From: Candidatus Hydrogenedentota bacterium
Lineage (GTDB): Bacteria; Hydrogenedentota; Hydrogenedentia; Hydrogenedentales; SLHB01
DNA: 64,000 bases
Assembly: GCA_963668025.2 (NCBI GenBank)
Contig: CAXXTH010000017.1
Coordinates: forward strand, 1,504,001 to 1,568,000
Direction: 5' to 3'
Shown one piece after another: positions 57,527 through 64,000 of this stretch. The position numbers and the translations under genes are program-made. How positions within the stretch are numbered: the stretch's first letter is position 1; the number at the start of each line of letters is the position of its first letter. The notes beneath the pieces were generated by a model. It was not told where the DNA came from, searched no databases, and worked only from the letters and a program-made list of their open reading frames with translations.

Positions 57527-59275
57527 ATGGCGGTGTTGACGAAGCATAAGAAGCGTTTGGGCGAAATATTGGTCGATCTAGGGGTTGTAAGCCCCCTTGA
57601 AATCGATGAAGCGCTCGAACGCCAGCGCCTTAATGGCGAGCTGTTGGGCCGCATCCTCGTGGACATGCAGCTCTGCGAAGAGCAAGACATCGTCGAAGCG
57701 CTGGGCGTGCAGTCGGGCATGGAGCGGGTGGACATCAATAAGATGCAAGTGTCCGACGAAGTGCTGAGCTTGGTTCCGGCGGATATGGCGCGGTTTTATA
57801 ATGTGGCGCCTGTGCGCATGCGCGATGGCGTCCTCACTGTGGCCATGGCGGACCCATTGAACCTGAGCGTATTGGACGATCTGCGCCAAGTTTTGGGGCG
57901 CAAAATCGAGGGAGCGGTTAGCAATCCCCACGATGTCCATGAGTTTATCGCCAATAATTACTCCAGCCAAACCAATAGCATCGAAGATACGTTGTCGGAT
58001 CTGGCGGCCCGGGTTGGCGAGAACGATTTGACGGCCGAAGAACTGGGCACGCAACAGCTTATCGGCGAAGACGAAAGCTTGGTCGCGCTGGCGCAAGAGC
58101 CGGAAATTATCCGGCTCGTGAACACCGTGATGATGTATGCCGTCCAGCACCGGGCGTCCGATATTCACTTCGAGACCTTCGAGGATGATTTTCGCATCCG
58201 GGTCCGCGTGGATGGTGTGCTGCATGAAATCGGTTCGTATCCCAAGTCCATGGCCCTCGCCCTTATTTCCCGCGTGAAAGTCATGTGCAACATGGATATC
58301 AGCGAACGGCGTTTTCCGCAGGACGCGCGTATCTCGCTTGGGGTGGGCGAATCCGAGATCGATATCCGCGTGGCGTCGCTCCCGACGCTGTGGGGCGAAT
58401 CCATCGTGATGCGTATCCTCGACCGGAGCGCGGTGCAGCTATCGCTCGAGAAATTGGGCTTCCCGCTGGATTTGCAGAAGCGCATCGATGAGGTGATCCA
58501 CCGGCCAAATGGCATTTTCCTAGTGACCGGCCCCACGGGTTCGGGTAAAACCACGACGCTATATGGCTGCTTGGATATTTTAAACCAGCCTGATGTGAAG
58601 ATTATCACCACGGAAGACCCCGTCGAGCTTCAGATCGACCGGGTCGTGCAGATCAGTGTGCGGGAAGATGTGGGCTTGACGTTCGCGGCCTGCTTGCGGT
58701 CTATCCTGCGCCAAGACCCCGATATCGTGATGGTCGGTGAAGTGCGCGACTTGGAGACGGCGGAGATTGCCGTCCAGGCCTCGCTGACCGGCCACTTGGT
58801 GCTGAGCACGTTGCATACGAATAGCGCGCCGGAGACCATCACCCGCTTGCTGGATATGGACCTCGAACCTTTCTTGATCACGTCGTCGCTGACGGCCGTG
58901 CTGGCGCAGCGGCTTGTGCGGACACTCTGCCGCCATTGCCGACAGCCATATCAGCCCGATGAGGAAGAGATGGAGCTGCTGGGCTTGCCGCTTTCCTGGC
59001 GGCAAGATCCCAAGCTGCGCTTTTTCCGTCCGGTGGGCTGTCCCGCCTGTGATTTCGTAGGGTATATGGGGCGCGTAGGCCTGTATGAATTGCTCGAACT
59101 GGATGAAAAGCTATGCGATATGATTTTAGCGCGTTCGATGGCGCATGAACTCCGGCGCTATGCGCGGCGGAAGCTCGGCATGCGCACGTTGCGTGAAGAA
59201 GGTTTGATCAAATGCATGCAAGGCATCACGAGCACGTCGGAAATTATAGTGCATACGGATCGGTATGATGACTGA
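57527..59275 (+). CDS. pilB: Second PilB/GspE family assembly ATPase with MshEN-type N-terminus
   Basis: RLGEILVDLG...ALERQ; RASDIHFE; [12 protein letters not shown]; LRQDPDIVMVGEVRD. Confidence 0.9.
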   Translation: MAVLTKHKKRLGEILVDLGVVSPLEIDEALERQRLNGELLGRILVDMQLCEEQDIVEALGVQSGMERVDINKMQVSDEVLSLVPADMARFYNVAPVRMRDGVLTVAMADPLNLSVLDDLRQVLGRKIEGAVSNPHDVHEFIANNYSSQTNSIEDTLSDLAARVGENDLTAEELGTQQLIGEDESLVALAQEPEIIRLVNTVMMYAVQHRASDIHFETFEDDFRIRVRVDGVLHEIGSYPKSMALALISRVKVMCNMDISERRFPQDARISLGVGESEIDIRVASLPTLWGESIVMRILDRSAVQLSLEKLGFPLDLQKRIDEVIHRPNGIFLVTGPTGSGKTTTLYGCLDILNQPDVKIITTEDPVELQIDRVVQISVREDVGLTFAACLRSILRQDPDIVMVGEVRDLETAEIAVQASLTGHLVLSTLHTNSAPETITRLLDMDLEPFLITSSLTAVLAQRLVRTLCRHCRQPYQPDEEEMELLGLPLSWRQDPKLRFFRPVGCPACDFVGYMGRVGLYELLELDEKLCDMILARSMAHELRRYARRKLGMRTLREEGLIKCMQGITSTSEIIVHTDRYDD

Positions 59276-59304
59276 GCAGGCCATGGCGGCAATAGGAGGC
59301 GGCG

Positions 59305-60564
59305 ATGCCGAAGTTTTTCTATAAGGCGATCAACAAGGACGGCAAAGAGTCTTTTGGCGTCCTGGATGCGGATACGCAGGGATTGGCCATTAATGATGTG
59401 CGCTCGATGGGCCTCTATCCGACGATGGTGCGCCAGGCGACCAAGGCCGATCAAAAACGCGCCCGGAATAAAGGCAAAGGCTTCTCGCTCAACGAGTTGT
59501 ATTTGGGCGGCGCGAACACGAAACAGATCGTGGTGATGACCCGCCAGTTGGCGACCCTGATTGATGCGGGCCTTCCGCTCCTGCGTAGCTTGAATGTGCT
59601 GATCGCACAGCAAAAACCCTCGAAGCTGCGGGATATCCTGTATGAAGTGACGTCGGACATTCAGGGCGGCGCGACGCTGTCCGAGGCCTTCTCTAAGCAT
59701 CCCCGGCAGTTTGATAAACTGTATGTGAACATGGTGCGCGCCGGTGAAGTGGGCGGCATGCTCGAGGCGGTGTTGAACCGACTGGCCATGTTCATGGAGC
59801 GCCGCCAAGCCTTGAAACGGCGCGTGCGCGCGGCCATGGTGTATCCGTCATTCGTTATCGTCATCGCCACGGCCATCGTGCTGTTTTTGATTGTGTACAT
59901 CGTGCCGAATTTCGCATCCATATTCGCGGATTTGGGCGCGAAACTGCCGTGGATGACGCGGTTCTTAATGGACGCGGGCGACTTTGTTATTTATCAATGG
60001 TGGAAACTATCGCTGTATTTCAATGGCGGGATTATCGCGCTCAAAATCGCGTTGAAACCTCATTTTATGAAACGCATTGCGGACCGGGTGGTCCTTCGGG
60101 TGCCGCTCATTGGAGATCTGGTGATCAAAGTGGCGGTGGCCCGTTTCTCGCGCACCTTGGGCACGTTGATTACTTCCGGCGTGCCGATTTTACAATCGCT
60201 CCGTATTACAAAGGAGACAATCGGCAACGAAGTGATCGAAAACGCCATCCAGAAAGTGCATGACAGTATCAAAGAAGGCGATACGATTGCGGCTCCCCTG
60301 GATGAAGCGAAAGTGTTTCCCTCGATGGTGGTGAACATGATCGATGTAGGCGAGGAGACCGGCAGCTTGGACGCCATGTTGAGCAAGGTGGCGGACATCT
60401 ATGACGCGGAAGTGGAAACGACCGTGGACGCCTTGTTGCGATTGCTCGAGCCTGCGTTGATCGTGGTCCTGGGCGGCATCGTTGGGTTCATCGTGATTGC
60501 ACTGTACCTGCCGATTTTCTCGCTGGCGGATGTGATGAGCAACGCAAGCAGCGGCGGCAAATGA
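59305..60564 (+). CDS. pilC: Type IV pilus platform protein
   Basis: TRQLATLIDAGLPL, RAGEVGG, ARFSRTLGTLITSGVPIL, VGEETGSLD, ALYLPIF. Confidence 0.93.
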   Translation: MPKFFYKAINKDGKESFGVLDADTQGLAINDVRSMGLYPTMVRQATKADQKRARNKGKGFSLNELYLGGANTKQIVVMTRQLATLIDAGLPLLRSLNVLIAQQKPSKLRDILYEVTSDIQGGATLSEAFSKHPRQFDKLYVNMVRAGEVGGMLEAVLNRLAMFMERRQALKRRVRAAMVYPSFVIVIATAIVLFLIVYIVPNFASIFADLGAKLPWMTRFLMDAGDFVIYQWWKLSLYFNGGIIALKIALKPHFMKRIADRVVLRVPLIGDLVIKVAVARFSRTLGTLITSGVPILQSLRITKETIGNEVIENAIQKVHDSIKEGDTIAAPLDEAKVFPSMVVNMIDVGEETGSLDAMLSKVADIYDAEVETTVDALLRLLEPALIVVLGGIVGFIVIALYLPIFSLADVMSNASSGGK

Positions 60565-60586
60565 GGAAGTGAACGGGATAAGGAGC

Positions 60587-61372
60587 ATGCAGATGAAAGC
60601 AAGTCGCGGGTTTACGCTGGTGGAATTGCTGGTGGTGATTGCCATCATTTCCATCCTGGCGGCGATTGTGGTGCCGCGCCTGACAGGCTGGATAGATAAG
60701 GCCAATATGACTAAAGCGGTCGCGGAAGTAAACAATATTGAATTGTCCGTGCAAGCGATGCTGGCGGATTCAGGCCGCGCGAGTTTTAGCGACATGCTGA
60801 CGCGGGATGGCCTCGAAGCGATCAAGAATGATCCGACAGTAGGCAGCGATCTCATGTACGAATTGCTGCGCCTAGGGCGGAATTCCGAGCTGGCGAGAGG
60901 GGATACCACGGCGACCCCTGCTGTCGCGGGCTATATCCAAACGCCCGTCCTCAATAAGCTGAGAACCAATTATATGGATGTGCCGCTCGACCCATGGGAT
61001 CAAAAGTACAAATTCTTCCCGGGCCCGTGGCAGACCGCATGGGGCACTATTGTGTTCCGGGGCTACCGCGAGAATCCGAACGCCACTCACACACGCTTCG
61101 ACGTGGAGTATGATCCCGATACGGACGGCTATCTCTATACGGAAGCCATGAAGGATGAGGAAGACGAGAAGATTCCTGGCAATCCCAAGGCCGATGATGT
61201 ATATGGCTTCCCGGCGTCCAAGGAATTGCCGTTCTATGTCTGGAGCACCGGCAAGAACATGATGGATGACCAGGCCTGGTCGGGGGCGTCGCCGGATCGG
61301 GGTTTTGAAGGCGGCGGCGATGACATCAATAACTGGGATAACCAGTCGGGCTGGAGCACGTTCTACGGCTGA
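60587..61372 (+). CDS. Type IV pilin / GspG-like prepilin
   Basis: RGFTLVELLVVIAIISILAA; LDPW; WSTGKN...GDDINNW. Confidence 0.85.
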   Translation: MQMKASRGFTLVELLVVIAIISILAAIVVPRLTGWIDKANMTKAVAEVNNIELSVQAMLADSGRASFSDMLTRDGLEAIKNDPTVGSDLMYELLRLGRNSELARGDTTATPAVAGYIQTPVLNKLRTNYMDVPLDPWDQKYKFFPGPWQTAWGTIVFRGYRENPNATHTRFDVEYDPDTDGYLYTEAMKDEEDEKIPGNPKADDVYGFPASKELPFYVWSTGKNMMDDQAWSGASPDRGFEGGGDDINNWDNQSGWSTFYG

Positions 61373-61709
61373 GCATGACGGGAACACTAAAACACAGCCA
61401 TTCCGAAGCGGCGGCGGTTTGCTGCCGCTTTGGGCGTATGGGCAAAGTTTTGGCCGGTGGTCTGCCGGCTAAGGCAATGGGTATAAACGGGTAGGCCATT
61501 TTTGGAAACTCCCTGGGGGGGAGCGATGCATGCACAGCCACCTATGCGGAATGTGTGAGCACTGCGTTTTATGTGGGCGCTTTTGAAGTGATCTGCTGTT
61601 CATGTGGCTAGATGCCCCGAATGCAGCTTGTTTTATGGTACAAGTGGGGTAGGAAAAAGCGGAAGTCTGGACCGTGCGGACGCATGTAGGAGGTAGCGAT
61701 AACGTGGAC

Positions 61710-62819
61710 ATGAAACGGCCTAGCTGGCCCGGTGGCGAGCGGCGCGGGCTGACGCTCATCGAAATGATCATCGTCATGGCTATCGTAGTCATTCTATCTT
61801 CTATTGCCCTCCCGGGATTTATCCGGGCAGGCGCGTTTAACCGGGATGATCTAGGCGACAACGCCCGGGCCGTCTTCTCGGTGTTGCGGGCCGCACGCGT
61901 GTACGCGGCCACCTTCAATACCGACACCGCCGTCATTTATGCCCTCCTAAGCACTCCTGACAGCCGCCTGGACGTGGCCGACAGGGATGATTCCAGCCAA
62001 GCCCGCATGCAAATGGTGGCGGACGCCGTTGGCATGGCGCGCAGAATGACGGACGACGAATTAGAGGATCTGGAGCTGCTCCGCGCGGAAGCGAATCTGG
62101 CTGCGCTTTCGGATACGGAACGGGCAAAGTGCTATGTCCTCGTGAAGTCCGAAGAAGGGGAGCTGCGCCAGCTTTCCCCAAAAGCGGCGATCTGGGGCAA
62201 AGTGGACCTGGCTGGGCCGAACGCGGATCCCGATTACACCACCCTGCTCGAGTCGGAACAGCTCCTAGCACTAGACACCCAGAATAAAAAGAGCATACAT
62301 GGTTTACAGCTCGTGCGCCTCTACCGGGATGCCGGCGAGACGCAGGTCCAGGTGAATGTCTATAACAATTTGGGCCAGGTGACAGGCACGGAAGAAAAGA
62401 CCATCCAGGAGTATGATTTCATTTCGCCCCGCGCTACCGATTATACGTTATATCGCAAGGTGACGCCGGATGAAGGCGGGACGGCCATTGCGGATTTGGA
62501 CATGTATTTCCCGGCCCATGTGTTTAAGCCAAGCGGCGATATGCGCGTGGACTCGGGCACCACGACCGTGCGGTTTTCCTTGCTGGTCGGCATGGCTCCG
62601 ATGGCTTTGGTGAATGATCGTTTCTTGGATGCCGAAGTAACCGATTATTCCCCCTATTTATTGGACTCGGATGATACGGAAAGCGGCCCCGATCCCGAAA
62701 GCCCTGGCTACCTGGATGATCCCGATATCGCCGATGTAGCGGTACCGGCGGTGCGCATCGAAATGAACCAATTTACGGGCCGGGTGCGGGTAGCCGAGCA
62801 GGAGTATCCGTTGCAATGA
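61710..62819 (+). CDS. FimT/GspH-like minor pilin
   Basis: RGLTLIEMIIVMAIV; VLRAARVYA; C-terminal TGRVRV. Confidence 0.75.
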   Translation: MKRPSWPGGERRGLTLIEMIIVMAIVVILSSIALPGFIRAGAFNRDDLGDNARAVFSVLRAARVYAATFNTDTAVIYALLSTPDSRLDVADRDDSSQARMQMVADAVGMARRMTDDELEDLELLRAEANLAALSDTERAKCYVLVKSEEGELRQLSPKAAIWGKVDLAGPNADPDYTTLLESEQLLALDTQNKKSIHGLQLVRLYRDAGETQVQVNVYNNLGQVTGTEEKTIQEYDFISPRATDYTLYRKVTPDEGGTAIADLDMYFPAHVFKPSGDMRVDSGTTTVRFSLLVGMAPMALVNDRFLDAEVTDYSPYLLDSDDTESGPDPESPGYLDDPDIADVAVPAVRIEMNQFTGRVRVAEQEYPLQ

Positions 62820-63319
62820 GAAACAATCGAGGATTTACGCCGCTTGAAGTGTTGATTGCCATGGCGATACTGATCATCGGTATCGTGGGCGCATTCCAAC
62901 TGTTCCCGCGCGCGCTGGTCCAAGTGCGCATGGCGCGCGAGCAAGAGACGGCCTGCAATCTGGCCGATTCGCGCCTTGGCTATCTGCGCGCGGCGGGCGG
63001 CCGCATGCTGACCTATCGCTGGCGCGCCCCTCAAACCTATATGACCGGTGCAGTGCCAACGGATGGCACCGAAGAAATTGATGATGTGCGCCGCCAGACC
63101 GATTTCTCGGATCTGAGGAAGGATTCGCCCGCGTATTTCGAGATGGACCAAGCGACCGCTGATGCGCGGCTCGAATTGTATAAAGGCTATTCGACCACGG
63201 TGACTCGAGTAGGCGCGCTGCCCGTGGCGCATCTGCACCGGGCGGTGTTCACGGTGAATATGCCCTCGGGCAATGAAGTGCGCCCGCTGCGTTTTGTCAC
63301 CTATATCGCGGAACCTTGA
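62816..63319 (+). CDS. PilV/GspI-like minor pilin
   Basis: RGFTPLEVLIAMAILIIG; ATGA overlap with the upstream gene. Confidence 0.75.
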   Translation: MRNNRGFTPLEVLIAMAILIIGIVGAFQLFPRALVQVRMAREQETACNLADSRLGYLRAAGGRMLTYRWRAPQTYMTGAVPTDGTEEIDDVRRQTDFSDLRKDSPAYFEMDQATADARLELYKGYSTTVTRVGALPVAHLHRAVFTVNMPSGNEVRPLRFVTYIAEP

Positions 63320-63320
63320 G

Positions 63321-63355
63321 TAGGGTTTAGGGTCTTGGGTTTAGGGTTTAGGTTT
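63321..63355. repeat. Short heptamer tandem repeat (GGGTTTA)n
   Basis: TAGGGTTTAGGGTCTTGGGTTTAGGGTTTAGGTTT. Confidence 0.6.
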
Positions 63356-63450
63356 TTTCCCCCCCGCTTACGGGGGAGTAAGTGGGGCATGATTTAGCCC
63401 CCCTGTTTCCCTCCATGAATGGGGGGATAACGAGGTGTGGAGGTGATTTG

Positions 63451-64000
63451 GTGACCATGGACGGCAAATGCAGGCGAGGCGGCTTTACGCTGCCGGAATT
63501 GCTGGTGGCCATGGTGGTCATGAGCGTGATTATGCTGTCGGTTGGGGCCTTGTTCGTGGCAAGCATCGGGGCCGCCAAATCGGGCTACCAGGGCATCGAC
63601 GCCAACAATGAATCCCGGACGCTTTTCTCGACGCTCGAACGGGACATCAACACGGCGTTTACGTCGCGGGATTACGGCGCGTATTACCAGTTCTACGGCA
63701 CGCCCATCGGCATGAGCTTCGTGGGCACAGTCCGCGCGTATGAAAAAACCGATTCCGCTGCGAATCTGGGCCGGGTGACGTATGTGCTGCATCTGACGCC
63801 AGAGGATGAAGGCCCCTCGTATTTCACCACAAAGGTGCTCGATGAGATGGGCACTCCAGATGACGCCACGGACGACGAGTGGAAAGAAGCCTATGTCATG
63901 ACCTGCTCCCTTCTTCGCTATTATGAATCTGGTGTGAGCGACTTAGATTCCTATCCTGTGAATTGGAAGGAGCTGCGCTCCGATCCGGAGTTCAATTACG
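63451..64000 (+). CDS. PilW/GspJ-like minor pilin, 5' part (runs off window end)
   Basis: Manual translation MTMDGKCRRGGFTLPELLVAMVVMSVIML...LERDINTA; GGAGGT RBS; not in the ORF track. Confidence 0.8.
   Translation, partial: MTMDGKCRRGGFTLPELLVAMVVMSVIMLSVGALFVASIGAAKSGYQGIDANNESRTLFSTLERDINTAFTSRDYGAYYQFYGTPIGMSFVGTVRAYEKTDSAANLGRVTYVLHLTPEDEGPSYFTTKVLDEMGTPDDATDDEWKEAYVMTCSLLRYYESGVSDLDSYPVNWKELRSDPEFNY

Noticed and set aside
63321-63355. TTTAGGG repeats resembling plant telomeres
   Set aside because: Only about four imperfect units in an intergenic gap of a continuous bacterial operon; a short tandem repeat, not a telomere or contamination.
1-64000. rRNA, tRNA, CRISPR array, prophage genes
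   Set aside because: None recognised by eye; tRNAscan-SE and Rfam searches would be needed to exclude them formally.

Overview
Bacterial, GC-rich window (about 60% by eye). The CFI-box-CTERM surface proteins, pilB-pilT-pilB-pilC order and GTAG/GGAG-type REPs suggest a Hydrogenedentota/PVC-like organism (inference). 1-16.7 kb: housekeeping and accessory genes (partial gspF/pilC, frameshifted RlmI-type methyltransferase, xseA-xseB-ispA, SIMPL, B12 radical SAM, GT-C-like membrane protein, pRiA4b-ORF3/DUF1186 fusion, two Hsp20 behind a sigma-54 site, GH, alkaline phosphatase, 1-phosphofructokinase). About 17.9-28.3 kb: an AT-rich island on the minus strand. It holds two tandem pairs of a secreted Cys-rich zinc metallopeptidase (conserved N-half, divergent catalytic half) and a secreted helical partner. 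A C10 tract sits in the first translation start region, and three IS elements (IS1634, IS66, IS1380) each have visible terminal repeats and target duplications; one splits an otherwise intact gene. 28.8-64 kb (+ strand): oxidoreductase, TPR lytic transglycosylase, a leader with an internal terminator, a 1837-aa CFI-box-CTERM surface protein, an 800-aa catalytically dead matrixin-like protein with an internal second signal peptide, a gspC-M T2SS operon and a type IV pilus cluster running off the end. No rRNA, tRNA or CRISPR array was seen.
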